Assembly: GCA_029953675.1 (NCBI GenBank)
Contig: JAMWBK010000009.1
Span: 1,116,001-1,180,000 of the forward strand
Origin: Rhodosorus marinus CCMP1338
Lineage: Eukaryota > Plantae > Rhodophyta
Length of the DNA stretch: 64,000 bases
Direction: 5' to 3'
The notes beneath the pieces are model-generated. The model ran no database searches. It had not been told where the DNA came from and saw nothing but the letters and a program-made list of their open reading frames with translations. Both the position numbers and the translations under genes were made by a program. Positions 1 through 12,659 of this stretch are shown here, piece after piece (within the stretch, counting starts at the first letter, position 1; each line of letters begins with the position of its first letter).

Positions 1-499
1 TAAGTGGATAGCACGTGAGGGGTACGAGAAAACCTTTACAATTGAGAGAAGCAATGTTTTCGTGTTCGTTTTAGGGGTGGGTGGAAATTGCGTTTTTGGG
101 AGTTGTCCTGACGTGATTTGATTAGTAGTTTAATGCCCTGCAACCGAAAGCTTTGTTTGGCGCCAATTTTTTGAAAAACTGGGAAAGAATAGGCATAAAA
201 TAGAATTATTTCTTTAAGATATGACTTGTTGCTCCTAGAATATATGAAAATTTTAATTTATGTGATTTGTGTTCTTATTTTTGGACAACGGAAGGTGCCG
301 ATTTAACCATTTGCGGAATGGAAATCTGCAGTCAGTGTTTATCTAACTGATCATTGTGAAGAGTAGTGGGAGGTTAGCTAGGGCGAGCAGTATTCTGCTA
401 GTAGAATGAGTTAGACACTGTAGCGACCTTGGATCTGACGAGATCTACAACCAGGATCAGTGAGATTTCGACGGGATTGGCAATATTGTGTTCGCGTTA

Positions 500-2470
500 A
501 GATGACATGAGAACTGCGAGCATGAACGTGCTCAAAATGCGGTGCCATCCTGCTGCCGAAAGGAAGCTCCACTCACAAGAAAACAAATCACAGAGCATAC
601 CCTCCTCTGTTGGTCTGGGATTGTTGGAGATTTGAGTGGGTGAGCTCAATCCGCAGGACCTCGACAAGTCTCGGTCGAGGACAGTGAGAAACCCCGAGAT
701 CCCAGACCGGATCGCTTGCAAACTGGAACAACACAACAAGGTCGGGGGAAGTCAAGCGCTGTTAGAACTATCTACAGAGAACCCGAACACTCCCCTTCTT
801 CGTCTACAGCAGCAAACACGGGAGGATCGTTGAGGACCAAGCTCGTTCACTTTGGTGCTACAACTCATCTGTTTCGGAAGCAGCTTGCATCGACGCCAGA
901 TGATCTACTTGAGACCTACTCATCCTTTTTCAGCGGGACGGCCACACGGCTTTCCAGGACGTAACTCGAATGCGGATAGGCTCAACTACTCCGAGAAGCC
1001 TGGCTTCTCAAAATCTTTACGATGTTAGTTTAACTTAGTACTGGTCTGGACGCAACGTCCACGTGCAGGGATCTTCTACGAGATGTTTTTAGGCTACAAA
1101 GTTTTTGCCCGTTCAGTCCAACTGCCATGTCCTCCGCAGCGCCGCGCTCAGTCCACCCGCGGTAGTTTTGGTTTTCCTCGGAACGTTTTGTTCAATTTAC
1201 CCGACGAGCAACAACACAACTATGGTCACTGCATTAGCGATTATCAAAGCCGCTGTTATTTTTTCAAAGACACGGAGGAATTCCAAAGACAGTGTGTCAG
1301 CCATTCTGCCTGGGACAATAACGAGACCAAGCACCTAACACCCGACCGCCGCGGTCTGGGGTTTCCCGGGCTGGCACTTGTTAAAGTTGAACTGAGTACA
1401 AGTCTGCATCAACAGAACCATACTTACGCTGAAGGACAAGACGCAAGGCCGCCAGTAACGTGGATACTCGATGTTTCATTCCTCCAGCCATTGCAGCTTC
1501 CTGTTCCCCGAGGCCAACTGAGCGATCCACGGAGAAGGCGAACAATCAGAGTACAGAAGCGGAACCAAAAGCTCAGATCTCTACAAAAAGCTCTTACGGA
1601 GTCGACCACTCCGCGGAAACTATTCGCGTAAGTCTTTCTCGTGCAACCACCTACCCTTCGACAGAAATCTTTCCGGGTGTAGCACAGTTAACGCATTGCA
1701 AATCAACAGCAAAGACTGGAAGATCAGTCCCAGGGTCACTGCCATCGTTAGTCAAATCTTGCTTATAATCTCTCCCTCTCAAATCAGCGTACAAGTCCTC
1801 GCACACTCGTTTCTAACCCTAAACGGACTGCTCACCCAACCCTCCTGTCCACATCAAGACGATTGTCTAAACAAGACGCACTGCACTCCAGCAAGACGAC
1901 CAGCACGCAGTTACAATTCGAAATGACCTGCTCTTGTTTTCCTCCTTTCTTTTTTTCTGTAGTTGAAGATCTCTCTCTTAAAGAGACAAACATGATGTTT
2001 CCGAAATAAAAACGTTCACAGACTTACATCAACAGCAAGCTGTTCTGTGTGGGAGAGAAATCATAGATTGTGAAGAGTCTTGTCCTTGTTGAAGGGGGTG
2101 CCATCATGGCAAAGAGAAATGCTCTGTGGGGTAGTCAGAATGGATTATGAAGTGATATCATGTTGTCTATAACCTACTGAATAGGACCAGCACGCCCATA
2201 GAGCCGGTTGGTATCCAGGAAGGCGGTTGGGCGGGTGGAAACACGGCGATTTTCTGAAGGCCCCGTGGATTTTCCGCTTTTGCAACAGAGGAATATGAAA
2301 TGCCGTGGAGGAGCTGAATGGAGCTGTTAGTGCCCCGGGTGCCGGGACATACCAACGTTCCTCTGCATGGACAAATCTCGAGAAGCCTTCGGGAAACAGA
2401 CTAGTCTTAGCATGCGACTGTGCACCTAAGTTCACTGGGGTGGACGCCGGCGAGGTGACTGCCAATTCAG
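500..2470 (-). CDS. Possible multi-exon gene of unknown function; exon structure unresolved
   Basis: Several GT(A/G)-AG flanked segments on the minus strand join in frame (e.g. ...VSTLLAALRLVLQ|RRMADTLSLEFLRVFEKITAALIIANAVTIVVLLLV..., a hydrophobic helix). No complete start-to-stop model could be built. Confidence 0.3.
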
Positions 2471-3078
2471 CTCCAGTCGCGACATTCTCCTACTAGCTAT
2501 CGTCATTGATGGAGACCATCCGATTCCATCCGACCCCGCCTCGCACATGGTATGACATGCACTTGCCGAGCCCTACCCTAAGTTGCTCGTGCTGCTTCGC
2601 TTACTACCACACTACACGCCATCAAAATACGCGTTCAGCAGCTGACGGCTTCTCCGTTCCCGCCGTATTTTTTGGGACTGTTTTATTTCGATTCTCCCAG
2701 AGGAAATTTTCTGGTTGACAATTATAATTTCACTTCATCACCATCTCGGCTTGATTACTCTATCGTTCTCAAAACAACATGCTCGCCAAACTCATTTCTC
2801 TACAGCACCCTACGTCTCTTCTGATACAACCCTTCGAAACCTTAATCACCTAAGTTACACCATTCAGTGAGAACCGGCGTGAAATTCCGATGGAGAACGG
2901 CTTGAAAAGCGTTTGCTCGCCAACAATGGTTTGGCATTCATGACCTTGCCAGGGACCTGCCCAAACCTTCACGATGCCAAGAAAAAACAAACTGGGCATT
3001 CGCCAACCACTAGCCTTGCCTTACTCGAAGACCCTTTGCTACTATTCAGCACTGACCACATAACCGCTTCAGACAGCT

Positions 3079-4544
3079 CTACGCGTTGTAATTGAGGCCC
3101 CACGGAAGGTACATGTCTCTTCGGTCTTGCCAGTCGGATCGCACCTTCACGTGAAGGAATAAATGAACTTTTCTACCCAATAGCTCTTCAATGTCTATTC
3201 TCGAGGCGACTCCGAGCGCCTTTATGCGCGTCCCATTTTTACCCATGACGATCCCCTTTTGCGACTGTGCCGAGCGCGTTCAAGAGACGACGAAAAGGAC
3301 GCTTAGTTAGGGTCTACGCGTCACCGTACATGATTTTGCAAAAGGCATACTTGTCTTTGAACGAAGATCTCTTGGTCAATTCGTACTGATCCGTTCCTAT
3401 ACTCCTCCCAAGCAATCGTATCGACAGCAACGCTGTACGGCAGCTCCTGCTTGAGTTGCAAGAAGACTTTCTCTCGAGTAACCTCGGCTGCCATCAGTCG
3501 AGCTGGAAGCGTTGTCATCTCGTCGTCTGGATACAACCACGGGCCTGTGGATAAACCAGACTAACAATTGAGTACGATTCCATGTCGCCATGAAGAAGAT
3601 GGCGGGAAAAAAAACACGAAAATTTAGTCGTACCTTCTGGTAATGTGCCGGCCAAGCAGTTCTTCAGGTCCTGAACAGAGTCTCCTCGAGTCGCTGAGAT
3701 GGCAAACTGGTCTACGGGCCGGACGTCTGAGAAAAATTCGGACAGAACATCCGAAGCGGATTCTGCATCCTTCTTAGTCATCAAATCTACTTTGTTCATG
3801 ATCAAGATGACATCTGAATCAAAGACACGGAACGGGTTTCAGTTAACATTTCTTTTCAGAAGAGGCACTAGAGGATCCGAGGATGTGTTCCTACCTCTTG
3901 CTCGCTTCTTCTGGATTGCCGTAATTCTCGACTTGATCTCCTCGTGAAGCAGGTCGATCTCCATTTTGCGAGCTTTAAACTGGGGAAGATCGAACATTAG
4001 AGCAATCATGTCGGCTTCTGCAGCGCTAGTCCAGGCGGAGTCAACCATCGCACGGTCGAAGCGAAGTTTGGGGTTAAAGATTCCGGGCGTATCCTGGAAA
4101 CAGGGAGCATGGCATCTTCGGAAATCAGAATATTTTTGCGACTCCTTGTCCCGTCTCAACCGAGCTCCAACGCGTGTGGAGGGATCTTGGCTGATTTCTC
4201 GCCTGGCGTCTCACCAGGAAAATGATCTGCGTCTCTTTCTCTGTCGCGATACCCACGATTCGATTCCTTGTTGTCTGGACTTTGGGAGTAACAATGGCGA
4301 TTTTCTCGCCGACTAGATGGTTCATCAAGGTCGACTTGCCTACATTCGACTTGCCTATAATTGCCACGTGCCCGCATCGAGTCCCGCTTCCATCATCAGT
4401 TTCTTGCGCACACAGTCGAGGTTTGGTGCGAAAAGCTTGCTCGGAAATCCAGACAAGATTCTGTACCCCTACAAAACAGTACTGTCCATTTCTACGCGTA
4501 AATCTCGAAGTGGAGAAGCCTCCATCCAATCCAACAGATTCCAT
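3079..4544 (-). CDS. era: Era-family GTPase with organelle-targeting N-terminal extension, about 5 exons
   Basis: G1 [32 protein letters not shown]-domain ELPYS, and last exon [15 protein letters not shown]...[13 protein letters not shown] ending TAG at 3079-3081. GT-AG introns restore the frame. Confidence 0.93.
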
Positions 4545-5426
4545 TGTTCAGACTTTCACCTTTCTCAGAGTGCACCCGAAAACGCCCAAAACGCCCCGCC
4601 GAAACCCTGGAATTTCGACAAGTCGAGCCACTCCCTGAATGCACAGTCCACTTCGCTGATCGATCTCGCCGCGACGGTGTCATGGAGGGTTTTTACTCTC
4701 AGATATTTTCATTTTGCTGGGCGTCGGTCTGCACCACAATTTGGGTTGGGTTGGGTCACGGACGTTCCTTCCTCTAGATGACAAGACCCTTTGCTAAACG
4801 TTTGTTAGTTCTGCTCGTATCCGTCAGTGCCAAACAAACACAGAAAAGTCCTCAACTAGTCTTCGAAAGCCTCTTTTTTCAGGATGCAAGCGTGGGCTGC
4901 GCAGTTTGGCGGAGTTTTCGATAAAGAAACGGACAACGGAATTCCAGAGGGATGTGCTCTCTCTTCAGAAATTCAGATAACGTAATACTTTATTTCTACT
5001 GCATTCGGGGTCCATGAACAGAACTCGACATCGAAACCCAGGCATGTCAGCCCACAACCTAAAGCTTTTGAGGGAACATCAACCTTAAAAACAAGGCGAT
5101 GGGAATCAATCACTATTTTATCGCTAGTATGAATACAAAATGTACTATGTACTATATGTACTATATAACGAACTTTTGGTGATAGATGACGCGGGAATCG
5201 ATATGGTTTTGACCATTGCCAATGACATTGGCATCGCTGCTGTTTACGAAGAGGCTCTTGCTGACTCCACTGGCATTATCGATGTTGCCTATGATTTAAG
5301 CTCGATCCGCTAGGGCCGATTCGAGCACGCTGGCGAGCCTCTTTGTCGCTCGTTTTTCGGCGTTGAGAAGTTTTTTGGGGGGGTTTTCTTGACACTGCTG
5401 AAATCTTTGGGGTTGGCTTTTAAGTG

Positions 5427-5467
5427 CCTTCAACGTGGCTAATTTCTCAGATTAGCCACGTTGAAGG
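5427..5467. other. Perfect 17-bp inverted repeat with 7-nt loop
   Basis: CCTTCAACGTGGCTAAT-TTCTCAG-ATTAGCCACGTTGAAGG. Confidence 0.9.
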
Positions 5468-5817
5468 AGTTCAGCCGCCTCTCTTCTCGAAACTTGTTCT
5501 TTACCTCGTTTGTAGTCCTTCAGCTACTCGGTAGCTAGCCCTCGAACAAGAGCTCGCCGTAGGGTATCTGGATGGGCTTGGGTTTGGGATCTAGCTGATG
5601 CTTGGAGGTGGGAGGCAGGCTGTGAGATTTAAGTTCTGGAATTCTTTTCTGTGTAAAGCATTGTATGTGGATTTCTGATTTGAAGTTGTCCGTTTGGTTT
5701 CCGAGAAGCGAGAGTGGTGGTTCTGGTTGAGGACGGGTTTACGAGGAGGCAAAGCTTTCCTTTCTCCTCGGTGCGTATAGATGTGAGGTTGATGTTCTAG
5801 TAGGGTCTGGTGTTAGC

Positions 5818-7641
5818 ATGGATGATCTGTTCCTCATTGATGATTCTGGAGAGGACGCGGTTTTCGTTGGGAATGGATCAGGCGGCGTATTGGCCAAGCT
5901 TCCTGATGGAGGCGAGAGCAATGTCGGCGTAGGGGATCACGTGTTGCTCAGGGCCGACAAAGGACTCCCACCGAGCGTAGCAGTGGTGATGAAAATAGAG
6001 GAAAAGCTTGGGGTGAAAAAGCATGATCCTGAGATGAGTGACATGTATGTTACTGTGAAGTGGTACTATCATCTACACGACTTGCGTTCCCGAGTGGTCG
6101 ACCTGGTTGTCCCTGCCAAAGGAGAGGTCTTTGAAACCGACGAGGCGGAAGTCTTTGTAGCAGATGTGATTTTGGGAAAGTGCAGAGTACTTTCCTTCGC
6201 GGATTTCTTAAAAAAAGATAACAAAGACCCAGATCTGTACTTCTTCTGTCGCTACCACTACGATCGGCAGAATTGGGAGTTAACTCCATCGGCGATTGAC
6301 TTCAGCATCAAACTTCGGGAGAGAAAGAAGTCAGGAAGGGGCCGTGGAAAGGACCGACCGAGTGATGAATGGAACCCATTGGACTATGATGGCCTTGATG
6401 TAGACGAAGACCATAATGAAGACAGCGACTCGTCCCCGGTACGCAAGAGGCGCCGTCGTAACGCATACCAGTTCACGCTTCCCTCGGTGAAGCCTAACAA
6501 ACTTTTGGGTAGAGAAGACGAATCTGAAAAGGTGAGGGCGTTCGTCCTGACCGCGCTCCGAGAGGGCGAGTCTGGATCGAGATGCCTCTACATAAGCGGT
6601 GTACCTGGAACCGGTAAAACCGCCACCGTGATGGGCGTGTTGAATGAACTGAATGAACAACATAGGAGCGATATGAGAGTCGCGGAAATTAACGGAATGG
6701 CAATGTTAGACGCTCACTCAGTGTACTCTATGGTGCACGCCGCAATCGGTGGAAGAAGAGGACTGGCACCAATACACGATGCATCTAGTCTGGATCGCAC
6801 ATTTTCGAGGGGAAGGAAGGGCCGACCTCTTGCGATTTTGGTTTTGGACGAAATGGACACTCTCGTGAGCAGGAAGCAAAAAGTTCTGTACGACTTGTTC
6901 GAGTGGACGACAAAGGAAAACTCGAGGATGGCTATCATTGGTGAGGCTTCCACTGTCGCCGCGGAAAAAAAGGAATTTTTTTTATAATCTATAGAGGACG
7001 CCATTGTGACTCATCAAAGAGAGCCTTACCCCTTGTCCTCCTCCCCTCCTCCTGATCAAACAGGCATAGCGAACACAATGGATCTGCCGGAGCGAGTTCT
7101 GCCGCGTATTGCGTCTCGGCTTGGGTTGAACCGGATAATCTTCGCCCCTTACACGTCCGCACAGATCACAACCATATTAAAGGAGTCACTTCTACCAACA
7201 ATCTTCAGCGACGGAGAGACGAACTTGTTCGAGGACCAAGCGCTGGACCTTTGTTCAAGGAAGACTGCTGCAGTGAGCGGAGACCTAAGAAGAGCGTTGG
7301 AAATGTGCAAACTCGCAGCCACCTTGGCGAAGGGACAGAAGGTCGACCTGCACCATGTAGCGGAAGCATCCGTCAAGATGTCGAGTTCTCCGATGCACCA
7401 GTTTCTCAAGAACAACTCTGCAGACGAGAAGGCGGTCATGAACACGGCAGCGACAATTGTACGCGACTATAGTAGCGAAGTCTTGATTGAGAGACTACTG
7501 AGCGGAGTCAAAGTGGATCACGGGGTGAAGTACTCCGAGGCAAGACAGGCAATGCTCAGCCTCATCAGCATGAATATCCTCAGCCGTACAGCCCCGACTA
7601 CCGTGGCGCTCAACATATCATTGGAGGACGCCCTATCTTGA
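5818..7641 (+). CDS. ORC1: Origin recognition complex subunit 1 (BAH + AAA+), 2 exons
   Basis: BAH-like N-terminus, Walker A GVPGTGKT, Walker B LVLDEMD. Intron 6941-7063 gives IGIANTMDLPER, followed by SGDLRRALEMC. Confidence 0.93.
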
Positions 7642-7746
7642 TGATCGCCAGTCGAGATCCTGTACTTTCAAACAATGCTATTAATTAAACAAACAAACCC
7701 GCACATAACAAAGGGGTTACCTAAAAACACTACCCATTGGAAATAT

Positions 7747-8480
7747 CTAATTCTCAAAATTAGCGGGCGTACAGTCTGCAATGTCCAGAAGCGATCTTCG
7801 AATAGCTTCCGTCAGCAACAGGTCTTCCACAATGTCGTTATCGTACATCGACGGCGCAAAATCATCGAAACTTAGGGCCATTCTGTCTGCTGCATAGCTC
7901 GAGTAGCTCCGACCTCTGGCCGACACGACTCGCCTGCGCGTTCGCGCATGGAGTTGTTCAGATTCGATCGACGATCTATGGAGGTCAACTTCTGGCTTTT
8001 TGTCAATCGTGAGGGTCTCGACGCAAAGGTCTTGCGGAGAATTTGAATCGTAGCGAACGCGTGGACTGACGTGCTTGCAGAATGGGCAAGCTCGCTTTAT
8101 ATTATCTCGGGTTCCGATTTGCACCAAGCATTCGGTGCATAATTTCTGTTATGAACAAAGAGAAAAACGAAATTAGAATAATCTTTCAACCGCCATCTCC
8201 GTAACACTAGTTAGAAGCGTACCTTATCACAACAGACGATTTGATTCAGCTCGGAAAAGAACTGCATACATATGGGGCACTCTTCCGAACACTGTTCAGA
8301 CTGGTCGTCCTTCCCGAGATTCCGCGGTGCAAGCCAGCCCCTTTTCACCATTAATGCAACCATTTCATCCGACCAAGACTCGTTTCGAGCTCCCGATACC
8401 CCATACCCACCCACGCGATCTGGACTCGGGAACCTCACCGTGAAATCATCCTGTGTGCTCACGGACATGCACGCCCCCAT
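7747..8480 (-). CDS. RING-type E3 ligase, SIP5/DA2/GW2-like, 2 exons
   Basis: Myristoylation-like start MGACMS, LAP motif, CPICMQFF..LNQIVCCDK|KLCTEC...CPFC after removing intron 8146-8222, and C-terminal DLLLTEAIRRSL (UIM-like). Confidence 0.75.
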
Positions 8481-8913
8481 CCTTTCCCAAATCCCGCCAC
8501 GAGGAAACCCCAGGCACTCAGATTCTAACCCCCCCAAAAAGCCCGAGAGCCAGAAAAAAATTGCCCCAGCTCCAAAACGACGAGAAAAAACAAAACACAC
8601 ACACACCAAAAACCCAGGCACACCTTCAACCAAAACCCAACAAAACCTCCCTACCAACCTCGACGAAAATCCAGCCGAAAACACGGAAATCCTACTTCAC
8701 CCAACCTCTCCATAGCTCATCTCCCCAAACCCAAAAAACAATAAACACCAACCCAAAAAACTCCTCCTACGGTGACAGTGTCCCAGAAAAAAGGTTCACA
8801 AGGAAACCCGTCCCTCCCCTTCCCTCCTTCCCAAAGAAAATCTAAAACCCTCTTTTACTTAAATGCAAAAAATTAAAAACCAAAAACAAAATCCCGAACA
8901 CACACACCAACCC

Positions 8914-9008
8914 CCTCACTTTCTCACTTCCTTACTTCCTCACTTCCTCACTTCCACACTTCCTCACTTCCTCACTTCCTCACTTCCTCACTTCCTTACT
9001 TCCTCACT
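8914..9008. repeat. 8-bp minisatellite (CCTCACTT)n, about 12 copies
   Basis: Visible tandem units with a few substitutions (CCTTACTT, CCACACTT). Confidence 0.95.
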
Positions 9009-9023
9009 AACAGAAAACAAAAT

Positions 9024-9045
9024 TATATATATATATATATATATA
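9024..9045. repeat. (TA)n microsatellite
   Basis: About 11 TA units. Confidence 0.95.
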
Positions 9046-10997
9046 ACGAGCTCGTCAAAGACCAAAACCCTCGCCCCTTTCAACAAAAATACCTCCACCT
9101 CGACCACCAACCTCCTCCCACACGATCTTAGTCTCCAAAGACGGGATTCCTCCAAACCCACGTCAAAAACGCGCCATTCCATCACATTCCAAAAACGTTG
9201 AAAAAAAGAACAAACCCCAAGGTGTTTTTTTTCGATTGATATCTGAGGCGCCCTTCATTTTTATTTTTTTTTGCGGGGGTTTCTTCCGATCTACCGCGTA
9301 GATTAAAAATATCTGTTCTAAAACTAGATTTCTTCGTTAATAGTTCTTTAATTCATAATCCGTGCATTGTCCCTGGGGATGCGGTGCTTTGAAACTATTG
9401 ATAATACAATTTGTCGAGAAATGTCCGGAATCCTTTTTATGGATATTGTGTCTATAAATGGGATCGTTCGGTCTTGATTTATGATTGTCACGCTGGCGGG
9501 GGTGGGCGAACTGCTCAGCATCATGAACCATCGATCTAAATGTTCTCCCCACCCCCAGCTACCCCTCCTTCTTCTTTTCGACAAACCCTGCTTATGAATT
9601 ACAGCAAAGAATATCCTCGCTAGTGAATAAATATATCTTTCGATTTTAGCTGACCTTTTAGAAACCCCCCTTACAAAATGTATTTGTGTCGAAGGAAATT
9701 GATTGACGGTAGTCGAAGTCGTATCGTAAATAGTGCAGGTTGTGATCGTTTATATGATGTGAGGAGGTCGGAAAAAATGGAGGAATTTAGGACAGAGATT
9801 GGACATCGTATTGTTTGGTGGAAATTTGATTTCTTTTTTTTATATCTTTGAACCGGGTTTGGCTTGATGGGGGCGATGCCGAAAGAAGGGTTTTGGTCGA
9901 AGATCCCCCGGTACGAAGTTGTTCGAAAGACGTTTCGTTGGTCAATACCGCCGCAGCAGGTGTACAGATGCGATCACACCACCTGAGCATCGCCCTCCAT
10001 TGGATTATGTACTACTTTTGTCGGTGAGCTTTCGGACTGCCCCCTGTGTGCGTGACGTCCTTCCAGCAGCCATCTCCCCGGTGCATATTGCTGCGACCCA
10101 TCATCTGGCACCCTCGTTTGCCTGCAACAAACAAGAACGTATGGTAGGGCAGCACAGATGAAAATAGTCATGAACATCTCCCATTACGCTCCTCAGGGCA
10201 GTTAGGCTCTCGACTAAACGGATGATGATGATGAATACAGAGCAAGCGGCCATCGGGAAATGGAAACGCAAATACCCACCGGCTGTTAAAAGGATGTACT
10301 TTTGAAAACAGCTTCCATGGTAAACATTGCCGCGACGCTTTGTGAGGTCTGGCGTACAAGCCGAGTTTTTGTTTATCCACTTGCGCAAACTTCGCTCTTT
10401 CTTCGTTTCAAAATCCACTCAGGTTTTCCTGGGCAACCGTCTCGCCAGCTCTCAGACTTGTGAAACTGGGAGGCATGGACCATGCTCCCCATGCCCATTA
10501 AGCGGGATTGAAGCATGATGCTACGCCGGCAGGGGCGCTGGTGGAGGGTGCGCTACATTGGGCAGATATAACGCGCTCCGGAAAACCCTGCCATGGACGT
10601 CGAGGATACGTCATGGAAGCGGACACAGCCAGCTCGAAGATATATTGCGGAAGTGTACCTTCCATCCCACCAGACGATACCAGGCGTCAGTCCCGAAAGT
10701 CCTGTACGGTTTTCTAGTCCGAAGTCAATAGTTCCCCGAGAATAGCATCGCCCAAGAAAGGCAGTATTATTACCATCTCGCACGTCCGCAACAGATTTTT
10801 CACCAATATCTTTCCCACAACAAATCCTGACCGGCGTCAGCAGCTACTCACCATTTTCCCACTGTCATACTAAAAAAAACAGAACCGACGCAAGCATATA
10901 TAAAATTAGATTTTGTCTAAATTATACTCCTATTAATAATATATGGTAGAATACTATTTTGGAATGAATTATTTCTAAAAATAAAAATACAGTATCC

Positions 10998-11351
10998 GTG
11001 CAATTCGTTTTCGGAGTGATCTTCATCCGCGCGCTTCTGCCGTCGGCTCCAGAACATCCCGCCTTTGAGGAGGTCGTAGCTGTGGGCTGTTATCTATATA
11101 GTATCGACGGAGCCGATTCCATGCCAAGCTTTGTAGAATTGGCACGGAAGCATGGAATGGGGTGCAAGCGCTGCCCCAGCTTTGAAATATCTTTGGAAAG
11201 TTTTGGCCAAGATATCAAAATAGATTGTTTTGATTCCGGGATTTGGTTTTTAGAAGGCCAGTGGTGTCCGCTCATTATCGGACGTGCATATCTGCGTGCG
11301 TATTCGGCGTGTGACGAACGTGACTCGAGCGGATTGAACGACCTAAATTGA
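10998..11351 (+). pseudogene. Possible decayed retropepsin-like ORF
   Basis: PLIIGRAYLRAYSA resembles the C-terminal ILG..FL motif of Ty3/gypsy aspartic proteases. There is no intact D(S/T)G and the ORF track start is non-ATG. Confidence 0.2.
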
Positions 11352-12266
11352 AGGCCATCCTCTCATGAGTTGGCGCGACGCAGATACTTTTGACCAGAGC
11401 GCTCGTGTTGTCCCTCCTCAGACCGTCTGCATTGGCCCGAAAATCGGTAGCTCCTGCGATTGCAGAGTAGCAAGTTCATGCAAGCTCACAGGGACAAGGC
11501 AAGGAAACAACGAATGGAAACGTCAGTCTTAATCGTGCTCAGCTCCAAATCGTCTTCTTACTCGCAGTTTCGTCAATTTAACTGCAACCTGCCCATCCTC
11601 TTCCCCACACCCTACTCCATTTCCCGGTACACTGTTTTTCAAAATAATTTGTTATTGACGAAGTGACCTCCAATCTGATAAACGAATTTAACTTGTTTTT
11701 AAATTATCCGCTCGCAGCAATATCGCTGATACGTGCAGAAACTAACATATCAGTTAATACAACGTTTACCAATTTCATCAACGGCCGAAGTATCTGGGCA
11801 TATACCGTGTCGGGCGGCCTGTGGTAAAAACAGAGCGATCTTGTCTCTCCTATGTGGGCTTGTCCAGTCGTCCGGAGGCGGTTTCAAATTTCGATTGAAT
11901 TTTAAACGAATTTATTTTGCAGTGCTTCTTGTCCCAAGCCGCAAATGCGATTGACTGGACGCTGTTGGGGGGGAGTTGGCAGTGCGAGCTGCTGAAGATT
12001 TGTCTGAAAGCTTGATGAGGTAAAAAATTTGAGTTTAGTTGTAATTTCCAGTAAATCTGTCCCACGGAAGTATGGGAACATAGCTAAGCAATATATAAGA
12101 GTTCTCCACAAACATCAGCAATACGGAGGCTGGTTCGATGAAGTCGTCGAGTCGATAAGCAGTCGTAAAGTTGTCCATCAATAGGTTGCGTTCTTTCTAA
12201 AAGAACGGAAATTATCTACTACGAGTACGCAGGGTCAAAGCTTCATGTGTGCACAGAGCCCGCGGA

Positions 12267-12659
12267 TCACTTGTACTCCCTCTTCGCCCTTAGCGAATAG
12301 GCGCCGCAGAAGTATGCGTGGTAAACGAAAAGCGCATTGCTAGAATCTGAAAAGGAATCCTGAATAAGTCCAGCCTTTTGATTAGCCAACATCCCAGCAC
12401 CACCCTCCTCAGTCGTCTTCACCCTCTTGCGCAGTTTCTTTCCAGCCCGAAGGCGCGTATTAGCTTTGTCAAGGGCCTTGCTCCAGTAGCAATTCTGCCC
12501 ACAGTAAAGAGACCCTTCCTCCGCTGTATAAGTGCTCCTTTCGAGGTGAGCCAACCGTCCACAATTGTCACATGGCTTCTCGTACTTCTCCCGCTCGGTC
12601 TCGGACAAGACGTCCAGCTCTTCATCCAAGCCGCTCGTAACTGTCAAAATGTCCATCAT
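12267..12659 (-). CDS. Small intronless protein with Cx2C...YCx3C putative zinc finger
   Basis: ATG at 12659, acidic N-terminus, PCDNC...LYCGQNCYWS, then a basic segment. Amino acid composition is protein-like. Confidence 0.6.
   Translation of the reverse strand: MMDILTVTSGLDEELDVLSETEREKYEKPCDNCGRLAHLERSTYTAEEGSLYCGQNCYWSKALDKANTRLRAGKKLRKRVKTTEEGGAGMLANQKAGLIQDSFSDSSNALFVYHAYFCGAYSLRAKREYK

Noticed and set aside
1083-1631. 182-aa plus-strand ORF as a Copia integrase (KRNQKL...ESTTPRKLFA)
   Set aside because: Only a vague resemblance with no DDE/HHCC motifs. It is probably antisense to minus-strand exons.
4681-4710. Similarity to 15639-15670 (CATGGAGGGTTT...AGATATTT) as a dispersed MITE
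   Set aside because: The match is short and gapped, with no TIRs or TSDs and no extension.
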